Sequence record: PP680568.1
From: Enterococcus phage VRE9_2
Direction: 5' to 3' (one strand)
DNA: 64,000 bases
The position numbers were made by a program, and so were the translations under genes. This document shows, one piece after another, positions 39,072 through 48,268 of this stretch. Each line of letters starts with the position of its first letter. Positions within the stretch are counted from its first letter, which is position 1. The notes beneath the pieces are model-generated. The model did not search any database and was not told the origin of the DNA. It saw only the letters and a list, made by a program, of their open reading frames with translations.

Positions 39072-39079
39072 TTTGTCAA
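39051..39079 (-). promoter_or_regulatory. Early promoter TTGACA-17-TGtTATAAT, leftward.
   Basis: - strand: TTGACA aaaaatccttactatgt TATAAT. Confidence 0.55.
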
Positions 39080-39090
39080 TTTATTTAATT

Positions 39091-39657
39091 TTAATACCAG
39101 CCATTAGCCATCCAAAAAGCTTGTGCCGCTTCCCACGAACCATAACGCTGAGCTACATAATTTTCTGCAACACGTTCCTGGTTTGCTGGAGAATGATCTC
39201 CATTTAGATAAGCTGAATCTAGTTGATAACGTCCGATGTAACGACCATTTGTTGCTGAATATGAACCACCTGATTCACGTTGAGCAATCCATTCTTTTGC
39301 TGAGTTTGTCCCTGTTGAAGGAGTTTGTTCTACTACTGGGGCTTGTTCTACAACATTTTCTTGTACAACTGGAGTTTCAACTACCGCCGCTGTTGCTGGA
39401 GCCTGAACCTCTCCATTGGTTGGAATCAATAATAAATCTCCAACAAAAATCATATTAACATCACTAACTGTATCAATGTTAGCTTGATGGATTAGACTAT
39501 AATCTAGCCCATATTTATTACCGATAGTAGATAATGTATCTCCTGCTTCTACTTCGTAATAAGTCTGCCCATCTTTTTGAATTTCTGCTGCGTGGACGCC
39601 TGTTCCACCAATAAATAAAGCTCCTGCTAATAGTCCTGCGATAATAATTTTCTTCAA
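39091..39657 (-). CDS. Secreted LysM-domain protein with a C-terminal lysozyme-like/Apf-type peptidoglycan-binding or hydrolase domain.
   Basis: Signal peptide (MKKIIIAGLLAGALFIGGTGVHA). LysM (YYEVEAGDTLSTIGNKYG...LLLIP). Pro/Val/Glu linker. The C-terminal WIAQRESGGSY...GRYQLDSAYLNGD...FWMANGWY resembles aggregation-promoting-factor/transglycosylase-like domains of Lactobacillales. Confidence 0.6.
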   Translation of the reverse strand: MKKIIIAGLLAGALFIGGTGVHAAEIQKDGQTYYEVEAGDTLSTIGNKYGLDYSLIHQANIDTVSDVNMIFVGDLLLIPTNGEVQAPATAAVVETPVVQENVVEQAPVVEQTPSTGTNSAKEWIAQRESGGSYSATNGRYIGRYQLDSAYLNGDHSPANQERVAENYVAQRYGSWEAAQAFWMANGWY

Positions 39658-39661
39658 ATTG

Positions 39662-39991
39662 TTATTCTCCCTTTTCTTTTAGTTTTTCGTTAAGCAATGA
39701 AGCATATCCATTTGCTTCGTTAAATTCTAAAAACTTAATTTTGGCAACACTTAAGCCAGTAAAACAATTTCGTTGAGAATCTACTAAAGCTTCTCGTTCA
39801 AATTGTGCTGAATTAAAGTTGTCTTTTACGAAGTCGAAAAATGGAAATATAATGTCTCCATCTTCTGAAAAAGGAATATCTAATAGAAAAGCTTCGTAAA
39901 CCCAATCATCTAATGATTCCAATTTCTTATTTACAACTTTATAAGCCTCTTTACCAAAAATAGTTTTTGTTGCTTCAACGATGTATTCCAT
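39662..39991 (-). CDS. Hypothetical protein (109 aa).
   Basis: ORF with RBS. Confidence 0.45.
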   Translation of the reverse strand: MEYIVEATKTIFGKEAYKVVNKKLESLDDWVYEAFLLDIPFSEDGDIIFPFFDFVKDNFNSAQFEREALVDSQRNCFTGLSVAKIKFLEFNEANGYASLLNEKLKEKGE

Positions 39992-40058
39992 ATGAAATTC
40001 CCCTTTTCTTGTTTTAATAAAAAAGACCCTATTACAAAATTATTACAGTTAAATTACA

Positions 40059-40616
40059 TTAAAATAACCGTGACTTCTTCTTTGTAATTTTTACTGAAGT
40101 ATGAACTTTATTATCATCTTCTACAGTAATTTGATTATTTTTAACTACAACAACAAGATATTGTTCTTCAAGTTTTTCTGCTAATTTTTCTACAAAAGAA
40201 TTTAGTTTTTTAGCTACAATAACTTCTCCTTCTGCAACTTGAGGACTTTTATGTCGAGTTACTTTTACCTCATAAAATGTATCGCCATCTTTAATACCAG
40301 CAATGCGTTTTTGAGAATCTAAAAGTTTAAATTCAATATCTTCGTCCTCTTGAAGAAAACCGAATGCCATATTCGCTAATCCCCACTTATCTGCAACCAT
40401 TTGTTTTGTTGGAGTAGCACGACCCGCTTCGATTAAATAATCGTCCCAATTTTTCAGAATTTCATATTCAAACTCTTGATGCTTAGAGTCTGGTTTTTTT
40501 ATGCCATTTTTCAGATTTTCTTTAAATTTTCTACTTGTAATAATAGAATTATAATACATAGACATAAATTTTCTATCCTCTGTAGTTTGTTGGAATGCAC
40601 CGTATTTGTTTTCCAT
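40059..40616 (-). CDS. Hypothetical protein (185 aa).
   Basis: ORF with a consensus promoter upstream. Confidence 0.45.
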   Translation of the reverse strand: MENKYGAFQQTTEDRKFMSMYYNSIITSRKFKENLKNGIKKPDSKHQEFEYEILKNWDDYLIEAGRATPTKQMVADKWGLANMAFGFLQEDEDIEFKLLDSQKRIAGIKDGDTFYEVKVTRHKSPQVAEGEVIVAKKLNSFVEKLAEKLEEQYLVVVVKNNQITVEDDNKVHTSVKITKKKSRLF

Positions 40617-40664
40617 AAAATAAAAACTCCTTTTAAAATTCTTTTATTTCTTAACTATATATAT

Positions 40665-40693
40665 ATTATATCATTTTTAAATAAGTTTTTCAA
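40665..40693 (-). promoter_or_regulatory. Early promoter TTGAAA-17-TGaTATAAT, leftward.
   Basis: - strand: TTGAAA aacttatttaaaaatga TATAAT. Confidence 0.55.
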
Positions 40694-40701
40694 ATTAAAT
40701 T

Positions 40702-40732
40702 AAAAAAGGCTGAGGAAAACTCAGTCTTTTTT
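40702..40732. terminator. Bidirectional rho-independent terminator.
   Basis: Stem ggctgag/ctcagtc (one G-U pair), A-run on the left and TTTTTT on the right. Confidence 0.55.
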
Positions 40733-40740
40733 AATAGAAA

Positions 40741-40995
40741 TTATTCTTCAACTTTTTCGTCAATCTCTTTTTCTTCAATTGTTGCAGGAGATTGCAGTTG
40801 TTGAATAGCTTCAAGCAATTGTTTGTTTGCAGCTTCTGATTTAGCCAATACAACTTCTTGTCTTGCTATTTCACCCATTGCTTGAGTAAGCAATTCTTGT
40901 GTTCCAATTAATTGTTGTCGAGCAACAGCTAATTCAAATTCTGCTTGTTCTAATAGCTGTTCAACTGTTGGATGTTGGTCTGTTTTATTTTCCAT
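40741..40995 (-). CDS. Hypothetical coiled-coil protein (84 aa).
   Basis: Gln/Glu/Leu/Ala-rich heptad-like sequence. Confidence 0.4.
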   Translation of the reverse strand: MENKTDQHPTVEQLLEQAEFELAVARQQLIGTQELLTQAMGEIARQEVVLAKSEAANKQLLEAIQQLQSPATIEEKEIDEKVEE

Positions 40996-41444
40996 TATTG
41001 TGTTACCTCCACTGATGTTTTTCCATCTTCTGAAACAACAAAATGTCGAACTTTATTAGTCATATCTCCAGTACGATTTGCTCTAATACGTTCATACATA
41101 GCTGTTTTACGATCGATAAATGCTTGGATTTCATTTTGTAATTCAGACCTCATTTGTTCTAAGGTCTCAAATGTTTCAAGATCCATTTTGATATCTCCTA
41201 AGTTATTTAGAATATCAATATAAGAACGTAATAAAGCAATACGAGTCCCCACTTTTTCTGTCGCCATATCTAAATCATCTGGATGAGTCTGACTAACTCC
41301 GGTACCCTTAACTATCTTACCATTGGTTAGTTCTGCTGTAGTAATAACAGTCACCTTAGATACGATATTGATACCATCTACTTCTGTAAATTCTGGAAAA
41401 GAATCAGATGTTATAATTCGTTCTAATACATTTTTAACTTCCAC
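40995..41444 (-). CDS. Hypothetical protein (149 aa).
   Basis: ORF with consensus promoter upstream. RBS AAGGAGG. Confidence 0.45.
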   Translation of the reverse strand: MEVKNVLERIITSDSFPEFTEVDGINIVSKVTVITTAELTNGKIVKGTGVSQTHPDDLDMATEKVGTRIALLRSYIDILNNLGDIKMDLETFETLEQMRSELQNEIQAFIDRKTAMYERIRANRTGDMTNKVRHFVVSEDGKTSVEVTQ

Positions 41445-41476
41445 TAAAATTTCCTCCTTATTTAACTTTATAATTA

Positions 41477-41505
41477 ATTATATCATCCTTAATAAAAAAA
41501 GTCAA
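41477..41505 (-). promoter_or_regulatory. Consensus early promoter TTGACT-17-TGaTATAAT, leftward.
   Basis: - strand: TTGACT ttttttattaaggatga TATAAT. Confidence 0.6.
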
Positions 41506-41672
41506 TAATTATCTCGCCAAACACCCTTTATTTTTTTTCGTGCTTTTTGTCTAGTTAATGGATACCATTGTTCACTTTTAGCTTTTTTTAAAATTTGAGC
41601 TTCAATTGGAATCCATCTACCATCACTATCTTTTCTATATATTAACATATTACTCTCTCCCTGTCAAGTAAA

Positions 41673-42974
41673 TTAAATTTTAATCCAAATATCTCCTTCT
41701 CTACCTGCCTTACCTGGATCAGTAACACTAAAGAAAATTCTAACCCCTTTAAATGATATATATGATTGTTCAGAAGATAATGCAGTATCTGTTAATAGTT
41801 CGCCGTCACTCATTCTTAGATAATGATAATATCCGCTTTCTGTTGGTTGTCCACTACCAGCATAATTTCTAGGGAATAAAATAGCTGCATCACGACTACT
41901 AGAGTAATTTCTAAATACAAGCTGTCCAATACCATTCATTGCTCCACCATTTATATCAATAGCTGGTTTACGATTTAAATTACCTACATAAGTCAAATTA
42001 GGCTCAGAAATTTTTAACGCTGGCATACCTAAATATCGTTTAGTATCTCCAATCGTCATTTGACCTGCAGGAACATGAATTCGTCCAAAATTCAATGTTA
42101 AAGAACCACCAGTATTTCCATCAACACCACCAAAAATAATATCATTTAATTCTGTTCCACCATTACCACTTGTCGCTATAATTAACGAATCTGTTGGGCT
42201 TGTCGGAAATTGGAAATCTAATCTTCCAAAACTATTCCTAATACTTAATGGAAGTCCTGAGCCATCTGTGTCTAATACAAGACTTCCTGTCATGGTTTGA
42301 TTTATAGTTTTATCTAAATAATTTTCATGTTTATGATTTGCTGGAGCTAAATTTGTGTGAGTATGGTCGATAGGTGAATATTTTGCTTTCATTGTTTCTA
42401 ATAAAGTTTTACCAGCAGATGCTGCTAATGCTCTATCAGAAGCTGAACTATCTAATGTAGAAACTAATTCATCTTTACGGACATATTGACTGAAATCAAT
42501 TCCACCTTCACTTGGGGATGCACCAGTCACTTCATAAGGAACAAAAGTACTACCATTCCAACCAAGTAATGTATTAACTTTTAGATTTTCTCCTAGTGTA
42601 ACATCTTTAAGTTCTCCAATAGAAGAGTTGGTTGATAATACTGGTGCTCCTCCTACTCGTAATGCTCCAGTAAAATTGTTCCAATCTCCTTCCCACATAT
42701 TGTTTCCACCCTTAAGAGCTATTAAGGCTGCTTCAATACCTTGATCTTGAACAATCTTTGTAATCTCTGGAATCAAATCAGAAAAATCTGATACTGTATG
42801 TTTGTGACCTTTTTGAGAAACCTCATTCCATGATTCATTATTTTGTCCTGTGGCTACCCAAATAGCTCTAGGATTTGAACCTGTATCAATATAAGTTTGT
42901 CCATAATATTCAGCACTAATGGTTGGTTTACCTGTGCCGTATAGCATATTTCCTCTAGTAATATGAATTGACAT
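41673..42974 (-). CDS. Tail-fiber-like protein with HxH repeats, encoded in the early region (433 aa).
   Basis: Contains KGHKHTVSDFSDL and HTHTNLAPANHKHENYLDK, which resemble phage tail-fibre repeat/collar HxH motifs. Gly/Asn/Thr-rich beta-type composition. Confidence 0.4.
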   Translation of the reverse strand: MSIHITRGNMLYGTGKPTISAEYYGQTYIDTGSNPRAIWVATGQNNESWNEVSQKGHKHTVSDFSDLIPEITKIVQDQGIEAALIALKGGNNMWEGDWNNFTGALRVGGAPVLSTNSSIGELKDVTLGENLKVNTLLGWNGSTFVPYEVTGASPSEGGIDFSQYVRKDELVSTLDSSASDRALAASAGKTLLETMKAKYSPIDHTHTNLAPANHKHENYLDKTINQTMTGSLVLDTDGSGLPLSIRNSFGRLDFQFPTSPTDSLIIATSGNGGTELNDIIFGGVDGNTGGSLTLNFGRIHVPAGQMTIGDTKRYLGMPALKISEPNLTYVGNLNRKPAIDINGGAMNGIGQLVFRNYSSSRDAAILFPRNYAGSGQPTESGYYHYLRMSDGELLTDTALSSEQSYISFKGVRIFFSVTDPGKAGREGDIWIKI

Positions 42975-43032
42975 TTATTTGTCCTCCTTTATAATCTTTC
43001 TCTTATGTATATTAAAAAGCTTTTAAACCTAA

Positions 43033-43066
43033 TATAAAAAAAGAACCCTAAAAGATTAAAGGGTTC
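43033..43066 (-). terminator. Rho-independent terminator (leftward).
   Basis: Stem gaaccct/agggttc followed by ttttttt on the - strand. Confidence 0.55.
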
Positions 43067-43550
43067 AAAAACTTTCTGATGTTTTTAGAAAAATAATACC
43101 ATTGGAAATAAATTTTTGTCCCCAATAAGTATCTTCTATTTCTTTATACTCATCTTGATTTACAGGAATTGGCAATGTACTTCTTACAATAGTTTGCTGT
43201 TTCATAATCTCTTTTTTTAAACGTTCCCTTTTTGTATATTTGGTTACCATATAAGGCAATATAAATATAGCAGGAAAAACTAAAAGCATTGAAAGCAAAA
43301 TTACAAGAAAAGAACGGAAAGTAAAAATAGAAGCTACTCTATCTTCTTGCTCCCACCGTTTGGCTGGAAGTATAATTGATTGTTCAGTAAAATTCCAGCG
43401 TTCAATTAATAAATCTCTTTTTTCAATTGCATTCCGAGCTTTTTCTAACTCTATTTGATGCCGAACCAAAACTCTACTATTAAATAGCTCCACTTTTAAC
43501 CCTCCTAACCAATCAGGAATCCTGTGTTTTTCTATAAAATTCTTTAACAT
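43065..43550 (-). CDS. Hypothetical membrane protein (161 aa).
   Basis: Central hydrophobic segment FLVILLSMLLVFPAIFILPYMV. Confidence 0.45.
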   Translation of the reverse strand: MLKNFIEKHRIPDWLGGLKVELFNSRVLVRHQIELEKARNAIEKRDLLIERWNFTEQSIILPAKRWEQEDRVASIFTFRSFLVILLSMLLVFPAIFILPYMVTKYTKRERLKKEIMKQQTIVRSTLPIPVNQDEYKEIEDTYWGQKFISNGIIFLKTSESF

Positions 43551-43588
43551 GCGAAAAACAAGCTCGTCCTCCTTATCTATCTGGTTTT

Positions 43589-44209
43589 TTAAAACAATTT
43601 AATTTGGTGTGAAGAACCTTTCACATAATTTACTATTAACATAGCTAATTTACCAGGATCTACGTAAATAGAATTTAACCTATTATAAATGAAATTTATT
43701 TCGGTTAGATTTGAATCTTTTGGCTCGTTTACTAGAAGATTATAATTTTCTGACAAGTGGTATCCTAATCCAGGAATATTTTTAATAAAGATTGAAGTAC
43801 CATCATAAATATAATCAAAATATTTACTAGCAATTTTATCAAACCATAATACATCCTTCTCTGCTAATAAATACATATCTGGGTCTTCTAACAATTCCAT
43901 CAAAAAAATAATAGAATCCTTCGCCACCTTATTCCCTGCTTCTCTTGGGACAATATTGCCATATATGCTATAAAAGACTAGATATAAATCTTCTTTAGTT
44001 TTTATAGAACAAGCTTCGTTATCTTTTGCAATATGCTCTATTGTATTATAGTTTATAAATGAATTTAGGATAGGTCCAATAGGTTTATCAGACACAAAAA
44101 ATCTAATATCCTCCATTGAACGATTTTCTAAATATTGATTAAAATATTCTGTATAGACCAAAGGCCCGCTACCAAAGATAGCAGGCTGTCCAGTAAAATC
44201 TAACATCAT
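43589..44209 (-). CDS. Hypothetical protein (206 aa).
   Basis: ORF in an operon. Confidence 0.45.
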   Translation of the reverse strand: MMLDFTGQPAIFGSGPLVYTEYFNQYLENRSMEDIRFFVSDKPIGPILNSFINYNTIEHIAKDNEACSIKTKEDLYLVFYSIYGNIVPREAGNKVAKDSIIFLMELLEDPDMYLLAEKDVLWFDKIASKYFDYIYDGTSIFIKNIPGLGYHLSENYNLLVNEPKDSNLTEINFIYNRLNSIYVDPGKLAMLIVNYVKGSSHQIKLF

Positions 44210-44508
44210 AAAATTCCATCTCCTTCAGATTCCACATAGGCTTTAATAGCTGAATAGAATTCTGATGGTGCTTCAAAACCAGCATAATTTGCTACAACCA
44301 AACATTGTTGTACATAATCAATAAATCTATCAAAAATCTCTGGATTATCCTTGAAATATTCATCAGTATCCTTTTCCATAGTAAAAGCAAGCTTTGCTTC
44401 GCCCTCTTCTTCTAAATATTGGATACCAACTTTTTCATCAACAATTAATTCAAAGAAAAATTTCTCATATTGTATATTGTCCAATTTTATCACTCCAATT
44501 TCCTTCAT
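44206..44508 (-). CDS. Hypothetical acidic protein (100 aa).
   Basis: ORF overlapping its neighbours. Confidence 0.45.
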   Translation of the reverse strand: MKEIGVIKLDNIQYEKFFFELIVDEKVGIQYLEEEGEAKLAFTMEKDTDEYFKDNPEIFDRFIDYVQQCLVVANYAGFEAPSEFYSAIKAYVESEGDGIL

Positions 44509-45484
44509 AGGTTTTTAATTCACAATCTCCACATATAGGCATATCAGAAAAAGCATTTGTTTTATTACAAGATAAACATTTTACAACAGATCCATATTTT
44601 AATATTTCAGATTCTTTTGGCTCTCCTATATATAAATTCTCTCTTTTTGATTTTATACCTAAAGTAAAATCATTATATACTTGACTTAAATTTGTTTTAT
44701 AAGTTTTTATATTATCGTCATGAACTGAAATAAAATTCTCTCCAAGAGAAGAGAAGAAAGTATTTTGTAAAGTATTTATTGTAAATTCTTCAATTCCGTT
44801 ATTTTTATAGGGATACTGCGTAGATAACATTGCTCCTTTATAATCTTTTGAGAAAACTCCCAAGCGTCTATAAATTTTTTTATCTACGTATTCAACATCA
44901 TTAAAATTGGGTTTCTCTGTCATTACATAAGTTAAAAATGTATAATTATCTAAACCTGCAGAATATCCTCCAGTATAATGCTCTCCCATAGGTTTATAAC
45001 ATGTAGTCCATCCTCTACCAACCCCCATCATTATAAAATCATAAGGATGAACAGATATAACCAAATAACTGGATGGGAGAATATATGAATTTTTTATTTG
45101 AGAATACATTAATACAATTTCTTCTCCCAATTCTGGAGTTTGATTAATAACCTTAGATAATTTTTTGCCAGAAGAATGTTTATTCTCTATTAAATCTGAA
45201 TCATTTAATAGTCCTGCTAATTTAAAGAAGCCAGCATCTATTTTTCTGGTTTCTTTATATCGTTCCTTAAATTCTTTTTTAAAATCTCTTTCTGCTTGTG
45301 TTTTTATAGCTTTTATATTATCTATTTTAAAAACTAATCTTAGATTATTATCCATCATAGCAATTATTTCTTTTTTCTTTTCAGCAACTTGACTGAAAAA
45401 ATTTTCATAATTATTATACGAAAAGAGACTAACCCCTTGAGAGAGGTTAATCTTTTCGTACTGACTTTTCATATTTTCTGTCAA
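44465..45484 (-). CDS. Member 1 (339 aa) of an uncharacterised three-gene paralogous family. Has a C-terminal zinc ribbon.
   Basis: Shares the S-x-x-P-x-D-hhhMS...W-[ST]-[ST]-C...Y..G...K-[IV]-W-R-R-hG-hF...YP...NN core with the ORFs at 46592-47791 and 48957-50828. Ends with CLSCN...CGDC. Confidence 0.5.
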   Translation of the reverse strand: MTENMKSQYEKINLSQGVSLFSYNNYENFFSQVAEKKKEIIAMMDNNLRLVFKIDNIKAIKTQAERDFKKEFKERYKETRKIDAGFFKLAGLLNDSDLIENKHSSGKKLSKVINQTPELGEEIVLMYSQIKNSYILPSSYLVISVHPYDFIMMGVGRGWTTCYKPMGEHYTGGYSAGLDNYTFLTYVMTEKPNFNDVEYVDKKIYRRLGVFSKDYKGAMLSTQYPYKNNGIEEFTINTLQNTFFSSLGENFISVHDDNIKTYKTNLSQVYNDFTLGIKSKRENLYIGEPKESEILKYGSVVKCLSCNKTNAFSDMPICGDCELKTYEGNWSDKIGQYTI

Positions 45485-45496
45485 ATTTCCACCATC

Positions 45497-46570
45497 TTAC
45501 TTTCCGTCATTATTTATAGTTTCAGTATAACGTTCTTTTTGTGATACATCTTCTAAGTATTTTTCTCGACACTCATCGCATAAATGCGACAATACTTCAT
45601 TGTCTGTATCAGACCAAGAAACTGTCCCTTTATCTAAAAAGCAAAATTCGCATTGTTCAACTTCTTTTTTTTTATTGCGACTTTTATAGGGGATAAAACT
45701 CGTTTCATCATCGTCATAATTTAGATAATCCGATTCATCATAAACGTCTTCATCTCCCCAGTAACAATAAGAACCATTTTGATAATAATTAGAATATCCA
45801 TAGTTACCATATCCAGCATAAGAATCTTCTTTATACTCATAAAATTTAGGATTTTGATATTGGTCTTCTAAAATTTCCTTTACTTTTCTCTGGGTCTTAT
45901 ACATTTCGTTAATATAAATGCGTTCATAACATGTGTGTTCATCCATATAGCCTGCCGATAAATTTACTCCTGCGAAACCAAATTCAGGACAAACTTGACA
46001 AATGTCTGTATAAGATCCATTGTGAGTTTTAAAACCAAAACTATTAATATATTCTTCAAAATCTGTGTTATCTAAATAATAATAGACAGATTCTCCGAAA
46101 CCTTTTCGATCCAATTGAATAGCGAAATTAATCTCTGTTAAAGCTGTTTGTACATCTTCTCCAAAGTAATTTTCTACATTTTTTGTGAAGAAACTAGATC
46201 CAATAGTTCCAATTTCCTCATCCCAACAAAATAATACATGAGGACGATAGCCTTGTGTCAACATATCTAAAATGCTAAAAACTCCACAACGATCATCTCC
46301 ACCAATACCATCAGGACACCATAAAACATTTTTTTCTTTATCGTGGAAAATAGTTTCCTCTGTTGGAGCTACTGTATGGACTGTATCCAAATGAGCCAAC
46401 ATAAGAACAGGAATATCTCCTTTAGCATAAATAAAACTACCATCAACACGATAAATATCTCTAGAATCATACATTGATTCTATTTGACCTAATAAATAAA
46501 AATGAAGCCCCTCTTGTGTCATTTGTAAAATGTTTTTAAAGGTTTGTAAACCTAATTCTTTCTTTTGCAT
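45497..46570 (-). CDS. M28-family zinc metallopeptidase-like protein with a C-terminal Cys4 zinc ribbon (357 aa).
   Basis: Motifs HLDTVH, DGIGGDDRCGV (D-G-x-G-x-D-D-x-x-G), EEIGTIGS (EE-x-G-x-x-GS) and YMDEH. C-terminal CEFC...CDEC. Confidence 0.45.
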   Translation of the reverse strand: MQKKELGLQTFKNILQMTQEGLHFYLLGQIESMYDSRDIYRVDGSFIYAKGDIPVLMLAHLDTVHTVAPTEETIFHDKEKNVLWCPDGIGGDDRCGVFSILDMLTQGYRPHVLFCWDEEIGTIGSSFFTKNVENYFGEDVQTALTEINFAIQLDRKGFGESVYYYLDNTDFEEYINSFGFKTHNGSYTDICQVCPEFGFAGVNLSAGYMDEHTCYERIYINEMYKTQRKVKEILEDQYQNPKFYEYKEDSYAGYGNYGYSNYYQNGSYCYWGDEDVYDESDYLNYDDDETSFIPYKSRNKKKEVEQCEFCFLDKGTVSWSDTDNEVLSHLCDECREKYLEDVSQKERYTETINNDGK

Positions 46571-46591
46571 TTTATAAAATTCCCCCTTTTT

Positions 46592-47791
46592 TTAATAATC
46601 CCAATCATCTTCGTCGTCCCAATATTCATCTTCATCATAATAAGCGTCTTCATCAAAAAGACCTCCAACTTCAATCGATCCATCAATAAAGAAATCACAA
46701 GTTGGGCTTATAACTGAATCAACACCTACTTCAAAACGAACATTGCATAATTCAGTTTCATCAGTTTCATCATAAAAATCTTTATTGAAATGTTTTCTTA
46801 AGATATTTTCAGAATTATTTTCTCCTTCAACATTGTATTTTTGTTTATCTAAAATAATCATTGGAACTTTATTCATAGTCCCATGTGTAATATCATTATA
46901 GTGAATTTCACTACTTTCTCTAATAGTATTTTCTGCATCAGAAGAATCAATAAATCCATAAGCAACATTATCTTCTCCAAAAGTATCTACAAATAATTTG
47001 CGTAAAGCTTTAGTATTATTTTTATTAACGCTTGGATATGAACGAGACAAATAAATAGCATCTAACTCTGTATTAAACATACCCATTCTACGCCAAATTT
47101 TATCTGGAATACTGTCTTGACTACCTAAAATAATTTGACAAATAAAACTTGAACCATCTAATAAATAAGAAACTGGTCCAGCACCATAACAACCATCAAT
47201 AATAGAATGACAAGAAGACCATTCTCTGGTTTTGTTTACAGACATCATTAAAATATCAAGAGGATCAATAGAAACTTCTAAAACTCCTCGAGCTAATAAT
47301 GATTCATTAAATGCTGACAAATAAATTTGTATTTGGTTAACTAGTTTTTTATTTTTTAGAACACGCTTAAGAGACTTAGAAATTTTTGCTCCAGCTTGAA
47401 ATGATTCGCCTAAAATTTCTTTATTTGTCATAAAACGGTTTTTTTGTAATTCTTCTAAAGAAAAACTACTAAAATAAAGTGCTATAATTTTTCCTTCATT
47501 TTCTTCCATGGTCATAGACTTAATTTTAGATAAAAATGAAGAATGAAAAGCATCTTTAATCTCTGAATTTGATAATGCGTTTTCAACGCTTCCTTCTAAT
47601 CTTAATTTATTCCCAAACTTCTGAAAAATAGGAAATTTTGCTTGAGCCCAATCTCTTGCCCATGCTCGTCTAGTATCTGTATCGAAACCACCATTGATGC
47701 TATATAAAATATTATCAATTTCTTCCCAAGATTTTTTCATCATTGGTTCCATCAAATTTAATTTTTCTTCGATAGTATATGTTTTTTCCAT
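46592..47791 (-). CDS. Member 2 (399 aa) of the uncharacterised paralogous family. Has a highly acidic C-terminal tail.
   Basis: Contains the shared core LEVSIDPLDILMMSV...WSSC...KIWRRMGMF...SYP...KNN. Ends YYDEDEYWDDEDDWDY. Confidence 0.5.
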   Translation of the reverse strand: MEKTYTIEEKLNLMEPMMKKSWEEIDNILYSINGGFDTDTRRAWARDWAQAKFPIFQKFGNKLRLEGSVENALSNSEIKDAFHSSFLSKIKSMTMEENEGKIIALYFSSFSLEELQKNRFMTNKEILGESFQAGAKISKSLKRVLKNKKLVNQIQIYLSAFNESLLARGVLEVSIDPLDILMMSVNKTREWSSCHSIIDGCYGAGPVSYLLDGSSFICQIILGSQDSIPDKIWRRMGMFNTELDAIYLSRSYPSVNKNNTKALRKLFVDTFGEDNVAYGFIDSSDAENTIRESSEIHYNDITHGTMNKVPMIILDKQKYNVEGENNSENILRKHFNKDFYDETDETELCNVRFEVGVDSVISPTCDFFIDGSIEVGGLFDEDAYYDEDEYWDDEDDWDY

Positions 47792-47818
47792 TGCAAAATC
47801 TCCCTTTTTTTTATTTTA

Positions 47819-48061
47819 TTATTGTAAATTAAAATTTACTCCTTGTTTTGTTAAAAAATATTTTCGAGGAGTATCAGCAGTTTTGTCTACTAGTCCTTTT
47901 TTGTTTAATGAAGTTAATACACCTGGAACACCATTAGGCATCATAAATGCTAATTCTGCCACACGTTTCGAAAATACTGCATCTTCTTCTTTATCAATAT
48001 GAGCTTCTTGTAAAGCTTTTAAAACTTGCATACCTTTTTCTGTTAATTTAATTTCTTCCAT
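47819..48061 (-). CDS. Small putative winged-helix DNA-binding protein (80 aa).
   Basis: Helix-rich N-terminus followed by GVPGVLTSLNKKGLV...YFLTKQG, which resembles a wHTH wing. Confidence 0.35.
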   Translation of the reverse strand: MEEIKLTEKGMQVLKALQEAHIDKEEDAVFSKRVAELAFMMPNGVPGVLTSLNKKGLVDKTADTPRKYFLTKQGVNFNLQ

Positions 48062-48195
48062 TTAAAATCCGCTCCTATTTTTTATTATCAATTCATTTTC
48101 TATAATATAATTATAACAAATTGAACTAACTTTTTCAAATTGTGTGTTTACATAAGCTATCTGACTTTTTGTTTCTTTCATTTAACTTATAATTA

Positions 48196-48224
48196 ATTAT
48201 ATCATTTAATATATAAAAACTCAA
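48196..48224 (-). promoter_or_regulatory. Early promoter TTGAGT-17-TGaTATAAT, leftward.
   Basis: - strand: TTGAGT ttttatatattaaatga TATAAT. Confidence 0.5.
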
Positions 48225-48225
48225 A

Positions 48226-48256
48226 TAAAAAATCCCAATCATCTAGATTGGGATTA
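48226..48256 (-). terminator. Rho-independent terminator (leftward) after the collagen-like gene.
   Basis: 10-bp inverted repeat aatcccaatc/gattgggatt followed by a T-run on the - strand. Confidence 0.55.
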
Positions 48257-48268
48257 ATTTTAAATAAT

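Noticed and set aside
48062-48181. Possible 39-aa ORF on the - strand between promoter 48196-48224 and the wHTH gene.
   Set aside because: There is no RBS and the start is only about 8 nt from the predicted TSS. More likely this is an untranslated leader.
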